Assembly: GCA_030704615.1 (NCBI GenBank)
Contig: CM060733.1
Location: forward strand, 33,728,001 to 33,792,000
Length of the DNA stretch: 64,000 bases
Source: Takakia lepidozioides
Taxonomy: Eukaryota; Plantae; Bryophyta
Direction: 5' to 3'
Part shown: piece after piece, positions 11,865-25,596 of the stretch
How the letters are laid out: the number at the start of each line of letters is the position of its first letter
How positions within the stretch are numbered: the stretch's first letter is position 1
Notes under the pieces: generated by a model
Told to the model about the DNA's origin: nothing
Database searches by the model: none
What the model saw: only the letters and a program-made list of their open reading frames with translations
Translations under genes and position numbers: made by a program

Positions 11865-14800
11865 TTAAGCTAACACAGGGAACAGTTTTGCCACATGCTC
11901 CAGGGGGATGCTGTCAGCTGTATTCTTCCTCAGCACCGGATGATTGTCCTCATTCGGGGGCAATACCACCAACTGTCAACTCCACCAGAAAACGTGTAAT
12001 GAGATACATGTCGGCAAGTGTATATCAACCACATTCCACATGACAATCCTGAAGAGAGCTCTCGCACAATTGGTGTGCTAAACAACCAACCATAAGCGGG
12101 TCAGTCATAATTACCTGACCTCCCTTCTCAAGGGCCCAACCATTGTGCTTGACTTGGTGTTCTAGAAACTTGTCCAGCGACAGCCCTTCAACATTGATTG
12201 CCTGCATGGAACACAAGGAGCACTTTATCAAATACAGATAAGAACCAGCCTTACAGGCTTCTGGGACAAGAATGGAGTTGGCCAGGACCATTATGATGTA
12301 CTAGTGCCCTATTGAAAAATTAGGCCTCCTTTCAGGAGGCCAAAACTCTTGTCATCACTTATACCATGACTATCTTCTAGAAACTTTGAAGTCTTGTACT
12401 CAGCAAAGCCGGCTATGTACCATAGCCTACACCAAACACCACTAGTCGAGAGTAACACTGCATTGACCACTGCACTCTCCATTTGAACTTCATTATACAC
12501 ACAATGAGCAAGCCATGTTTGACACCTGTAGGTAAGGGCAGATATGTAAAGGACGCTACTTAAGCTGGAAAGGACTCACCTCTGCAAGGATAGCGCGAGG
12601 AAGGCGCTGGTAAGTAATGGAGAGCACATGGCTGCTATGGCCTTGAATTGCTTGCTCAAAGCCTGCGAGTAGGCCCCGTTGGCAACCACATCAATCAGAA
12701 GTCAGCAACATGCCCACTAAAATCTGTAGCACAAGACAAGTCGGGGAGAGTTTCAATACGGGAATACCCCTGGACGGTCATCACATGGCTCTTGTCAGCG
12801 AGTTAGGAGATAGTTGAATGCCCTCTGCTGTTCATTTGTAGCATAGTCACTCTCTGCCTCTCATCATGATGTTTCGGGAGGAAAAACAGAGATTACACAC
12901 AAGATTTCGATTTCTTCTAGAGAAGAAAAAGGTCAAACAGAGCCTAGTCAACTCTGAACTCACATTGAGAGGTAACTAAGGAAAAGAAAAGATACCCACA
13001 TCCAAGGCACATAAGAGCTTTCCAAGATGAAAGCATAGTCAGCAGGTCAAAACCTCAGGGAAAGAAGCAGATTCTTGAATACCAATATGACAGGGAGGCC
13101 CTTTCTTCATGGAAGCTTACATCATTGTTTCAGCAAACCATAGTCTGACTGCATATGACTGGATTTCTCACCTGGAACCACTTCCAAAATGTCCCGATTT
13201 CTGTTGGCCTCGTCCCAAAATTCCCGGAACCGAGCAGTCTACAGAAAACCATCCATGCTACGAAATGAATCACCACCACGAGTCTTGCAGTTAATGTGGA
13301 GAGAATATGGAAGCACTCCAGAATTAATTGCAATAGGAGGCAGCTTGAGGTAAGATGCCCTTCAGGATATTAGTAGACGAGGTATGAGTCAGAAATTACT
13401 AGCCAACATAATTTGTGTGTAGAGACCGACTTTTGTAGCTCATTACTTAACCACAGTTATATGATGCAACTATTGATTTTACAAAAATGACTATATGCAG
13501 CACCCATACAGCTCAGATACATGTGAAAACTTCATTACTAGTTGTAGTCAAAATGCCTGTAATTTCCACGTCTGACAGTGATTTTGAAATCCAAGAAAAA
13601 AAAATTACCTCCAAGAAGTGGGCCAGAGTGGCAAGTGTCAGAAAAGGCTCCTCCATTTGCTGGATAACTAGCAGTAAAGGAAATCTTTTGTGATGGACAA
13701 ATCATACAAACAAAACATAGGAGATAGTATATCACATAATGAACCTGCTGAATGATGTAGGTTATTACTCCTTCCACCCCTGACTACTACTAATGACTGT
13801 ATAGGGTTCAGAAGTCACATGCCATGCTCCTTGCGTGTGTTGTCATTGGTCAGGCTATGAAGAGGAGAAATAAATTGAGATTGAAGATCAGCAATCCCCA
13901 AAGGGTGGCATCTAACACATACCCAACTAATTTTTTTTTAAAGAGGATACAAGTCGCTCTGGGATGAGAAACATGCACAAATTGAAATCTGTGGCTGGTA
14001 GCGCCATCAAAGCCTGCCATTGCACGATCATTTTCTCTCTATCAGTCCACTTGGGCAAAGTAGTCAGCCAGGTGCTTGCATACTTAGAAAACATACTTGC
14101 AGCAAATTGCATTGATAATCCTAAAACCTTTTGAAATCTATCACCTCTAATAAACACTTCGGCTTTAACTTTCAGGGACTGAAGGGAAAATCTCAAGAGC
14201 ACCAAGCAGTGGCTGATAGTTTCAAAAGCCAACTTCCACAAACTCAAAAATGCTAACTACGAAACAAGCTGCAAACCAATAATTTCATAGGGAGCAACAT
14301 TCTAATCTACACCTCCACTAAAAGAAACAGAGTTTGAATCAAGCCGAGGGTAATATGACCACCAACACAATAACATCAGAATTAGTGGTTAAGTCTATAT
14401 GCAACTTTTGGGGCATGTATCTGACCTTTACAAGGATCCTGGCAACCACATGCACATTTAATCGAGCTGGTTGAAACTGTACCCCATCCCATCCCGCATG
14501 ATACAGTAGTTACTTCATAGTATTCTGGTAAATAGTATCAAGAAATGGAACGTCGATTTGTTTACAAGTCCACTGCCTATCTGTGCACCTCTCTCATACC
14601 CTCAAAGATTTATGAATCTTCCACTTAAACGACCTTCCATTGCCTCTTAGTCTTCTCTAGTCAATCATGCGATGACTTCGTAGCCTCGCTAGCTGTCTCC
14701 CTCCTTCTCTATGCAAATCTACATAGACAAATTACAACGTATCACCCTCGATGCTACGAGTCAGATTCTTCTTACACAGAGAAGACTGGCACAGGTCACT

Positions 14801-15270
14801 GCACCCTATTGTTCCAAACTGTAGACTTCATTGCTAAGATCTTCTTTACTGCATCCTGCTCCCCGCCAATCTAAGTCAAGCAAGTCTCGGACACACTACA
14901 ACACAGAAACAAGGATACAAACATAAGGGGCACATTCCCTAGGTAGAGACTAACCTGATAAAGGCGTAGGAGACAAAGGTTGGCATCCAAACTGTAGGTC
15001 TGTGAGGCAACCTGCAAGGAACATCACGAACAGCCCGACGACCACACATTGCACCAATCAATGGCTGAAAGGCAGTCCAGGTAACCTATCCCTCACCTCA
15101 ATCAGCCTTCGTTACATTCACGCTAATCCCCCTCACTACACCGAGCGACATGTTGGAACGAAAGATACCTGCTCGTCAACATAGGCCTCCAAATCTGGTA
15201 GAATATCAGGATTGTAGGGGTTCAGAGCAACCAGCTGCTCGATGGTGATGGGAACTTGAGCTCCTGGCAT
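11865..15270 (-). CDS. eIF3k: Eukaryotic translation initiation factor 3 subunit K, multi-exon
   Basis: Exons give MPGAQVPITIEQLVALNPYNPDILPDLEAYVDEQ, VASQTYSLDANLCLLRLYQ, ALMALPATDFNLCMFLIPER, FREFWDEA, FEQAIQ and ..NHPVLRKNTADSIPLEHVAKLFPVLA-stop. Confidence 0.93.
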
Positions 15271-16922
15271 CTTAGTCTCCCTCCTCCTGCCTCCCCAATC
15301 CTCTCTTTGGCCACCTTCTCACAGATTCTGCTGCTAAAACTCTGAGAGAGCAGCAAGGAAGACAAGGGCTTAAATGTTCCAACCTAAACCGAAGCTGTTC
15401 CCACACCTAACTCTGACAGAAAATCTTCGAAAAAAGGTAAGTTATTACCTTATTACAGGTAATACCAGCTGCTGTACTGTGCAACTTGTGGTCTTTCTAT
15501 GGGGTGTGGGTGGGGGTCGGAATGAGTAATTTGGGCGGATGGATTGTCGGAGGTCTCTTGCAAGAATCGATGGTGTGAGTGTGGGGTGATGTTCGTGGAG
15601 AGGATGCGTGATGTGGGTGTGCGTCAATGATCGCTCGCAACTCTGAAATATGCCAACCCACGGCCCCAACTGCAAAGGAATCGCTTGTTCTATCGGCACT
15701 GGAATGAGGAAGTCGGGTGAACATAATGTGCACCCAAGCAAGCTCAAGAAGGTTACTTCTGAGTACACAGGACTTATATTTCTCTTCTTGCGTCCCGATG
15801 CGTGTTTGCATAAACACGGGCACAGGGATCGTAGCGTGCTCTGGTACACAAGGATGGCAACATGGTCAGGGAGAGGCGATACTCAAGGTCATGTCTTATT
15901 TTTGCGGTGAAAGGGCGGGAGGCTTCATATCATTTAGAAGATTGAGGAGTCAGGCTGTGGAGCTGAAATGGGCATCCGCTCTGGCTACACCGGGCCTGCG
16001 ATTCTTGCAATTGATGGCTGTGACGCCTCCCCAGCCACCAGACGAACCGAACAAAGGCACAGACATACATCCTATATCTCTGTTGGAGGGATTTGTCCTT
16101 GTCCAATACTAGGAGACTCGACAGGGGGCGGTTGTGGGTTTTCTACCCACCAGTGTGTAGAAACGTAATAGTTCGTTCGAGCTCAACCAGAGGCTACCCG
16201 GTTACATGAAAATGTGTGTTCATGAAATTTTCACTTAGACATCGTGCTAGAAAGGATAATGTTGATCCCCGCACTTGTGCTCTGGCCTACAATCTTACAC
16301 AGACGTGACGATTGCTCTGCCTGCCTGTTGCAATGCTTGTCGAAGTGCGTGAAAGAGAGATCAGTTTAATTGAGAGCCTACACAGGCTCATGCAATTAGG
16401 ACATGCTAAACATCTATGTTATAGTGTGTTTTTATGCAGGCCAAGCAATAAGTGCAGAACTGCTTTGGCAGCACATCCGCCCTCAAAGGATGTACCTTCA
16501 ATTCAAAGTTGGGTGGAAGCAGATGTTGCTAGCAGGTTATGGATACAATGGGATCATGGATGCATTCCAGAGTACTTCTCTGCTAATGCGACTTCTGGTG
16601 CTCAAGTCGAGTTTCAAGACAAGAGACGAGAATCTGGTGTGCCTGCAGATTACTGTGGAAGGACAGAGTGTTGTCCAACACAGCTCATGGAGGAAAGTAA
16701 GTCAATCGACCTGGTGTGAAGGATTGGGCAGAACAAGTTCCTTAGTATCTTTTGCGGTATCTGTAGTTATTGTGGTATGTTGGTGGTTTCTTTGTGCATG
16801 ACACAAAGAGCCCAAACAAACTGAGAGAATTCTTTCCAAAACCACGGCAGCATTCCTCAACAGGAAAGGGATGTAAATTGTAGGCTGACGAATGATCATG
16901 TTCTTTCGGTTCTTGCACACAG

Positions 16923-19900
16923 CAGTGAGCGCAGAGCAGCCAGATTTCTTCTCAAATCCTTCACAGTGGTGGGACAAAGGGTTCGAGAAGGTGAGGCTAT
17001 CTTCATTTAGGACGTGAAAGATGTTGTCAAGGAGGCCTTGTGACACAAGTATTGCGGGTGAGTGCTGAGATTTGTTGGACCAGTATGGAAACATGGGTGG
17101 AGCAACGATCCTGTTCAGTCATGGAATGTATTTTTATCTCCATGTGCTGCGATTAATGACGATTTAGCTTTTCCCTTGCGAAAGCGGCAAAAGTGACTCT
17201 CCCTGTTTCCAGAAAATGACTACTGTTATCCAATACTGGCTTGTAGCCTTGGAGGTTGGTGCCTGGTCTCTGTCAATCTCTTTTGAAAATTACTTAGTTA
17301 CCCACTCACACTTTCGACAGAAAAGTCGAAGATCATCAGACATCGGGCATAAGTGCACAAAGGAGGTTCTCTGGATTGAGGGTTTGTCAAAACCTCCTTG
17401 GTTGACAGCAGAGCTAGCTGCCAGACAAGGTAGAGCACGCTTTGGCGATTTTACCAAGGTTGATCTACACCGTCCAGCTCGAGATCAAGAATATAACGGG
17501 TATTGTTCGAATGATGATTCAAGGGTTTCAAATCGAATAGGTAGAATTACATATATCCTCAGTATATGTGACATTTCATAATCCTGTTAATATGTAGCAA
17601 GACTCCTGTCCTTGGTTGGAAATGCCTAGGAGCTTTGAGATGTACCATGTGAGTTGAGGTGTGAAGGTTCTAATGAAGAGCCTTAACTTTGTCATGTCAT
17701 GCAGGAGGGCGGGCTTGAATCATACACTGTTTGCTGGACATCAGACTGACAGTGAGGGTCCGATTCCCACCATCCCCACTCGGATTGAAAGAGTCAGCAA
17801 GAACTCTTTTTCCACTTGTGAGGCTGTGCGAACATTATGTAAGGCTGGACGGCTGAAGGAGGCGCTGCTTACGTTGAACCAACAAGGCATCCAGGCAGAC
17901 TCCAATACATACGTATGTCTCTTGCAGGAGTGCATCAACATGAAAGCCCTAGCGGTGGGAAAGCAGGTTCATGCGCACATAATCCAAAGTGGATTCATGC
18001 CCAACATCTTCCTACTCAACACCCTTGTCAACATGTATGCCAAGTGCGGGAGCGTGGTGGATGCACGCGATGTGTTTGACAAAATGCCTGAACGAACTTT
18101 GTTTACCTGGACTATAATGATAGCAGGATATGCCAAGCATGGTTGTTCCAGGGAGGCTTTCAAGACCTATGAGCAAATGCGATGGGAAGGGGTGACGCCG
18201 GACAGGGTTACATTTACTTGTATTCTGAATGCATGTGCGAGTCATGGATCAATGGAGAAAGGCAGAGAAGTCCATGCTGACATCATTAAAAGTGGAATTC
18301 GTGTAGACATCATTTTGGAGAATACCCTTGTTGACATGTATGCCAAATGTGGGAGCATGGAGGATGCGTGCCTAGTCTTTGACAATATGGCAAAACGAGA
18401 TGTGGTTTCATGGAGTGCGATGATTGCGGGATATGCTCAGCATGGACATGGTAGGGAGGCTTTTAAAATCTATGAGCAAATGCATCGGGAAGGGGTATTG
18501 CCTAATAAGGTCACGTTCCTTTGCCTTCTCAGTGCGTGTGCCAGCCTAGGAGCCCTGAAAAATGGCAAAGACGTCCATGCTGACATCATCAAAGCTAAAA
18601 TTGCTCCGGACATCGTCCTGGAGACTGCGCTTGCTGACATGTATGCCAAATGCGGGAGCATGAAGGATGCACGCCAGGTGTTTGACAGTATGGCTCAACG
18701 AGATGTGTTCTCGTGGAATGCCATGATCGCAGGATATGCTCAGCATGGGTGCAGCAAGGAGGCATTTCAGTTGTATGAGCAAATGCAATGGGAATGGGTG
18801 ATGCCTGACAGGGTCACATTCACTTGCATTCTGAATCCATGTGCCAGCCTGGGAGTCCTCGAAAATGGCAAGCGGGTCCATGCTGACATCATCAAAAGTG
18901 GGATTGTCCCAGATATCATTCAGGAGAATATCCTGCTGGACATGTATGCCAAATGTGGGAGCATGAAGGATTCACAGCAAGTGTTTGACAGTATGGTTGA
19001 ACGAGATGTGGTCTCATGGAATGCCATGATTGCAGGATATGCACAGCATGGATGTGGTAGGGAGGCTTTCGAGATCTATGAGCAAATGCAACAGGAAGGG
19101 GTGGTGCCCGATAGAATCACATTCATTTGTGTTCTCAATGCGTGTGCCAGCATAGGAGCCCTAAGAAAGGGCAAAGAAGTCCATGCCGATATAATGAAAG
19201 CTGGAATTACGTCATACGTAAATCTGGATAATACACTTATTAGCATGTATGCTAGATGTGGGAGTGTAAAGGATGCACGTCAAGTGTTCAACAATATGGC
19301 TGAACGAGATATGGTCTCATGGAATGCCATGATCGCAGCATATGCTCAGCATGGGGGTGGTAGGGAGGCCGTGCGACTATTTGAACAATTGCATCAGGAA
19401 GGTTTCAAGCCAAATGGCATCACTTTCACATCTCTTCTCTCAGCATGTAGCCATATTGGCCTAGAACATGAAGGTCTTCATTACTTTCATGCCATGAGTC
19501 GAGACCATCATCTAACTCCTACAGTGGAGCATTTCGGTTGTATGGTGGACCTTCTTGGCCGTGCAGGGCGGTTGGATGAGGCAGTGGACTTCATTAACAA
19601 AATGCCGATCAAAGCAGATTCTGGGATGTGGGGCGCCTTGCTTGGTGCCTGCAGAATTCATGGCGATGTGGAGATAGCAGAACACGTAGCAAACAGCATT
19701 CTGAAGAGTGATCCACATCACCCTGCAGCTTATGTGCTGCTATCAAACATCTATGGTGCAGCTGGCCGGTGGGATGACAAAGCAAAGTTGAGAAAAATGA
19801 TGGAGGACAGAGGTATCAGAAAGGAGCCAGGTTGCAGCTGTATTGAGATCAACAACAGAGTGCACACATTTGTTGTAGACGACCAGTTGCACCCTCAAGT

Positions 19901-20234
19901 TCAGGAAATCCACGTTGAGCTGAACAGATTGTCTGGGCAGATGAAGGAGGCTGGGTATGTGCCTGACACCTGCTTTGTATTGCATGATGTGGAGGAGGAG
20001 CAAAAGGAACTTTCTCTTTGCCACCACAGTGAAAAGCTGGCCATTGCTTTTGGGCTCATCAGCACACCCCCTGGGACACCTGTTTGCATCTTCAAGAACC
20101 TTCGGGTGTGCGGTGACTGCCATACGGCCACCAAGTTCATCTCGAAGATTGTAGGGCGAGAAGTTGTTGTACGCGATGCAAACCGCTTTCACCACTTCCA
20201 AGATGGGGTTTGTTCTTGTGGGGATTATTGGTGA
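16923..20234 (+). CDS. PLS-E-DYW PPR C-to-U editing factor (PPR2) with predicted upstream PDF-motif exons (16923-16990, 17321-17499, main exon 17705-20234); true start not resolved
   Basis: 17 PLS motifs, E1/E2, PG box, HSEKLA, CGDC and terminal DYW all intact. GT-AG junctions in matching phase (0, then 2) join AEQPDFFSNPSQWWDKGFEK|KSRRSSDIGHKCTKEVLWIEGLSKPPWLTAELAA to the PPR exon. The main exon is near certain; the upstream exons are less so. Confidence 0.88.
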
Positions 20235-22156
20235 AATGAGCAGCGCACATGAAAGAAACTGCGCTGATTCAAAATTGTTGTTCACCTTTGAGCAGCGGTG
20301 AAAGTTTAAGGAATATATTGATAACATTCAATGCGACAGTCAGTTGTGCAAGTTTCTGTGGGCTGTACATGGTGATTTTACAAGTGACGTTTTACCCAAG
20401 TCACAGAAACCTTGAGATCAAGGATGTCTCCACAGATTGCAGCGACAAAGATAATCCTGACAATGATACAGGATTGGATCTTCTATTGCACGTAAAAACG
20501 GTTTAACAAGGGATCCCCCCATCCGTTGAAGAAACAAGGGTATGGGTAGGGTGATGATCTGATGATTAGCTTGGAAACTCTATACATTTCCTTCTACTTG
20601 TCTACAGCACTGTAGAGACTTGCGGACATCAGTTGTAATCTCTCAAACTTTTGACTCCAGATTTGGCTCCTAATTTTGCAGTCATCAATAATTTGATGAA
20701 CTGCGTAATTCACTCAAGGATCAGGATTAGTCGAACCTAAAGCAGCCAAACGTGCATTTCTAGTCAACAATTAGTAGTCCACATGTTGTGTGCTCCTGCT
20801 TCCCACTCCTAATCTGCAAAACAGCAGAATCTTAGTTTGGTTGCCCATCCAAATCATTTTTGTTTGTTTCCAAACTTTGCCAGTACGTTTTGAGAAGCGG
20901 AGCCAAGCACATCTCCGAAAATGCCAAAGTTTAGTTGCAAGAGGTAACAGTGATACAATAAACAATAGAACCAGTGTCTGTCTAACATTGCATGCTTTCT
21001 TTCTCCTGCACAAAAATCCAGAGTGTTCGGTCTATTTTTCTACCATCTGTGTTTGTCGATGCGGAATGCACATTGTGATTTGCTCAGTGCCAGTTTGCAG
21101 GAGGTGCTTGTGAAGCTGCACAATGGGTCTCCTTCAACATGCACACAGCTCACTTAGAAAGAAGAAAGAAGCCCCTCTCTCACAGAAGGAGGATGACATC
21201 CGTCTGTACACGTGGACAGAGAACTGCAGCGAATGCGGTGACTACAGCTGGATGCCTCATGTGCCTTCACGTGTCATACTAACAGGAGCCACGGGAGAGG
21301 CAAATTTGGACTCCGACCTGCTGCTGCTCCCTGCGCTCCGAAGATCAAGAAGCGCTTGTCTGTCGATTAGTGTGCGAGAGGGGTTGCATTGCTGGTTCAT
21401 TCTTGTTGTGTTGCCATCGTGATATTGATCTGGTTGTTATTTCCCTCCCTCCCGTCTCATTTTCTCCTACACACAACCCACACAGATATCACACAGGACC
21501 GACCACCGGAGAGAGGCTTCTGCTTCTCCGTCTTATCACAGTGTTGGTAGGTTTTCTTCTCTCAAAGTCGGGATCCTTATCATAAGGTTTTCTAGGAGAG
21601 TGTTCTTTACTCGAGAAGGTACAGTTTTGCAATGTACATTAGGAAAGGACAGATATTGGCTAGGTTCGCATCTTTGGTCAGCAGGGTATTGTCATGAGAG
21701 GGGATCGTCTTATTTAGACCTCCGAAAGACAATTTGAACTTGGAATTAATCAGTTGATTGACGCTTTTGATCTGACTTTGATGCATCTCTTGAAAGGCGT
21801 CGATCTGTGTCGAAATAGGACAAGTGTGTGGAAGTTTGGAGGGGAGTCCAAGAAAACCCTGCAAAGCTTGTCAATAGTTTAAAGACGAGTATCAAATGCT
21901 TGCAAACCTTTGTTCAAAATCTTCAACTTGTGTCAGGAAGTTCTCGCAAAGTCTCTTGTTCAATTCGGAACTGGACATTGGATCGACAGACGTAATTTGT
22001 AGTCGTCTTAAGAGTAATGCTATGCGGAAGCTGTTTTGTCTCTTAGCTGACTGAGGCTAGCATGTACCCTTTTCGGGTTTGAGTGGACTAAATCAGAGCT
22101 TTTCGTTTACCACTGTACAACAGGAAAGAGGAATCGGAAACTGTCTTGGGTTTTGA

Positions 22157-25100
22157 ATGGCGTCCCCCGACAGTGAGAAACCGATGGACGAACAGTTGCG
22201 AGAGCTGTGGGAGGCTAACGGGGCTGGAAGAGGGGTACCGCAGGGCGTGCGGGATCTTCTCAATGCCGCCTTCGCAAAAGTGCCAGTCTCTTCCTTTCCC
22301 GACGTCCCTTCTGGCCAAGGTAAATTGCTAGCATAGAGCTAAAACTGTACAATCGTGCTAAAACTCAGTGTCTGAACTCAATTCCGATATTTGGTAGGTC
22401 AATTTTGTGCACTCATTACCAGGAATCCTTGAGCTAAAACCCCCCTGGGTCTTGAAGCTATCCCAGAGTGAGAGAGACAGAGGGAGGGCAAAAGAAGTTT
22501 CACATCTAGAGAAAGGGTTGCGCAGGTGGGGTAAGGGCGTTTATGTGTTCGTCAATTAAGGACCTTAAGTGTACATAGATGTGGCAAGAAGCTTGTCGGA
22601 CTGTATGATCAAGGATTCCTGGGAGTAGTGATCTTGTTCCAGTTGTCACTGTATGGTAGGTCTTGATGAGGGCATTTCCAGTGTAGCACCTGTATATGTA
22701 TTTCTCTTTCTTAGTTGTGAAGTGATCAAGATAAGCCCACTTGTTTGTCTGCTTCTATGGTTTTGAGACTAAGACGAAGGCCTCTTGGGCAAGTACATTA
22801 TTGTAAGGAGCCTTGCGTGATTGTGGTGTGCCCCCTTTCTCCCTCCTTTCTCTCCCTCACTTCTATTTCCAGCTCCAGTTGAAGTGGGCGTGGGGTTTAT
22901 GGCCATAATCTAGGACAGGTATGATTAATTGGCTACATCACAGCCAAATGGCGTTATTTGTTGCAAGCTAGAGGAGCAGTGCTGTGAATCAACCTCATAT
23001 TTTCAATTACCATGTCAAATCCATCTCTCATACCACCCCTCATTTGCATTTACCCTGTTTTGGGCCAAGTCCAATATACCTTGATTGGCTACTTTCCTGG
23101 CTTCTTCAGGAGGGTTGGTGTCCGGCAGGGATTATGCCCTCAAGGGTAAGTCATAACCAAAGTTGGCAGGGGAGCCTTCTATCACTACTCTCTCTCCCCT
23201 CATGATTGTTTACTTGGGCTCCTCTGCAGTGGTTGAGATCCCTGGGGATGTCTCAATAGCTGAGGCAGTGCACACTCTTGCGGAGCACAACATCTTTTCA
23301 GCCCCAGTTACAAACCCAGATGCAAGTCTCACAGACAGCTGGGCAACTCGGTACATGGGTATAGTGGACTACCCAGCCGTTATTCTCTGGGTGCTTGAGC
23401 AGGCTGAGCTGGCAGCAGCAGCCTTTGCTGCTGGTTCTGCTGCAGCTGTAGGCATGGGGGCCGGGGCTTTTGGAGCACTGGGGGCTATTGTGCTTGGATT
23501 CACTGGCCCAGTTGCAGTGGCAGGCCTTGCTGCAGCCGCTGTGGGAGCAGCAATTGCAGGTCACTTCTCTTTACCAGTCCAGAAGTTTGATGTAGTGTCC
23601 TAATTCTTACTTGGTGATGGTCCAGAAGTTTGATGTAATGTTCTTAGTAGGCCAAATTTAGTTTTTTGGGTATAAATGATCTTTGTTATATTGCTACTCA
23701 TTAGTTTATCCTTGTTTCCAATTCCTCCTTTATCATACTTTCCCTGCAGCTTATCCTTGAATAGTGACATTGGTTGCTGCCCCCCTCCCTTTCTTAGGCT
23801 TTAATCAATTGTTACTGGTTTCCCATGTGATGCAGGGGGTGTAGCAGCAGAGAGAGGCATCGGCAAGGATGCGTCCTCAGCAGTCAACGCCCTGGGGGAG
23901 GACTTTTATAAGGTCATCCTGTCAGAAGAGCCCTTTAAATCAACCCAGGTACAGAAACAATTCTGCGCTGCTCAGCTCCATACACGGCAATCTAATGCCT
24001 CTCTCTATGGCCTGCACTTGGAAAGCTCTTTGGACTTTATCAGCGTGTTAGAAACTGATGGAGAGGTGTACCTAGAATATAATCTCATATGTTTCCAGGT
24101 TCAAGAGTATATTATAGCTAGCAAACATCTCACAAAATGATATCTTAATGACTGTAGCCACTCTCTCACTCCCTCTCTTTGTTAGTACTCATACTGTTCC
24201 CTGTGAACGTTGGCTTGCCATAGCCCCACATAAACACCAAGTACACCCTCTCTTTGTTAGTTTTGGGTACAGCAAACAACTTCTCATGAGTATATTCTCT
24301 TTCTTAGTTTCATGTACTTGTCCAATGAACTCTTGGCTTCCAATCGGATGTTAACAAATCTTTTCTTCCTTCTTGGGAAGGGGTTCTAGTTTGAGAAGAG
24401 AATGTACTGATTTACTGATAAAGCTATGTTTTCACATTTTGCTTTAACATGCAATCCTTCTTTAGGTTGCAGAGATCACACGAGCATACAGATGGGCTCC
24501 ATTTCTTCCTATTCGCCCTGACGATTCCATGCTTACTGTGCTACTACTACTGTCCAAGTTCCGGTTACGCAGCATTCCAGTGATCAATGATAGTCCTTCA
24601 GTGCAAAATATGGTCACTCAGTCAGGGGTCCTTCAGGGCCTCTCCCAATGCCGTGGCCGAGATTGGTTCGACAGTCTTGCAGAAAAATCCCTTTTTCAGC
24701 TAGGCCTTCCTGTCATGACGCCCGAAAAGGTAATGCAATTTTCATCTGACACAGAAGCACAATTTCGCCTCCACATCGCAGTATTTGTGTTGCTTTTTCA
24801 ACGTTTGTTTTCTGAATACTTCCCATTATGGAGGCTGTAGTCTCAGGCTGGTTTTTCTTAGGCTGTTTGTTGTCTGAATTCTTCCAAATTATGAGGTTGT
24901 GTTCTCAGTCAGGTTTTTTCTTCTCTGGGGATGGGGACAGGTGGTGAAGGTGAATGCAAACCAGCTGGTGCTTGAGGCATTTGTTCTTATGAAGGAGAAA
25001 CGCATTGGTGGACTCCCAGTTGTGGAAGGCCCTGATGATCACCTCATAGGAAATATCAGTCTTCGTGATGTTCGCTTCTTGCTGCTGCAACCTGAACTGT

Positions 25101-25596
25101 TTGCACGCCGGAAGTAAGTGCTCACCTTGGTTCCTCTCTTTCTCATAAGGTTCCTGATTCGCCCATTTCTTCAGTTACAGTAGGAAATGCAACATGGACT
25201 ACTAGAAGGAAAACCTGTACAGAGGGAGTAGGCAAAGAAACTTGCTAACTGTGGGCATCCGGCAGAGAATTGACCGTTCTCGAGTTCATGAAGACGGTAA
25301 TAGCAGCGGCACCAGAGACAGCAGTACCAGAGACAAAGATGATGCCGGCTGTTACGTGTGAAAAGACAACAAACTTGGGTGAGGTGATTGACAGATTGGC
25401 AGGCAAAAGCTTCCATCGTATCCATGTAGTTGACAAGAGCTCCCGACTTGTGGGAGTTGTTACACTGCGGGACATTATCAGCTGCTTTGTGTCAGAGCCC
25501 CCAGGTTACTTTGATGACTATTTCGGAGGTGCTTTCAAACAGATTCTGGATCAATCTGGAGAGACTTTGGGTGATGAAGAAATCACATATTATTGA
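22157..25596 (+). CDS. CBS-domain protein, SnRK1 regulatory subunit gamma-1-like; 6 coding exons
   Basis: AFAKVPVSSFPDVPSGQ|VVEI, YMGIVDY, Ala/Gly-rich insert, DFYKVILSEEPFKST, WAPFLP, GRDWFD, IGGLPVVEG, GVVTLRDIISCFVSEPP. Confidence 0.9.

Noticed and set aside
17661-17704. GTG/ATG starts of the 857-aa ORF
   Set aside because: This stretch aligns with intron ends of the paralogues (catgcag acceptor), so it is probably intronic; use of an in-frame ATG here is not fully excluded.
19820-20234. U-to-C type (DYW:KP) editing domain
   Set aside because: PG box, HSE, CxxC and terminal DYW are canonical for the C-to-U type.
21123-21422. 99-aa ORF upstream of the CBS gene as a conserved uORF
   Set aside because: No recognisable homology; cannot be supported from sequence alone.
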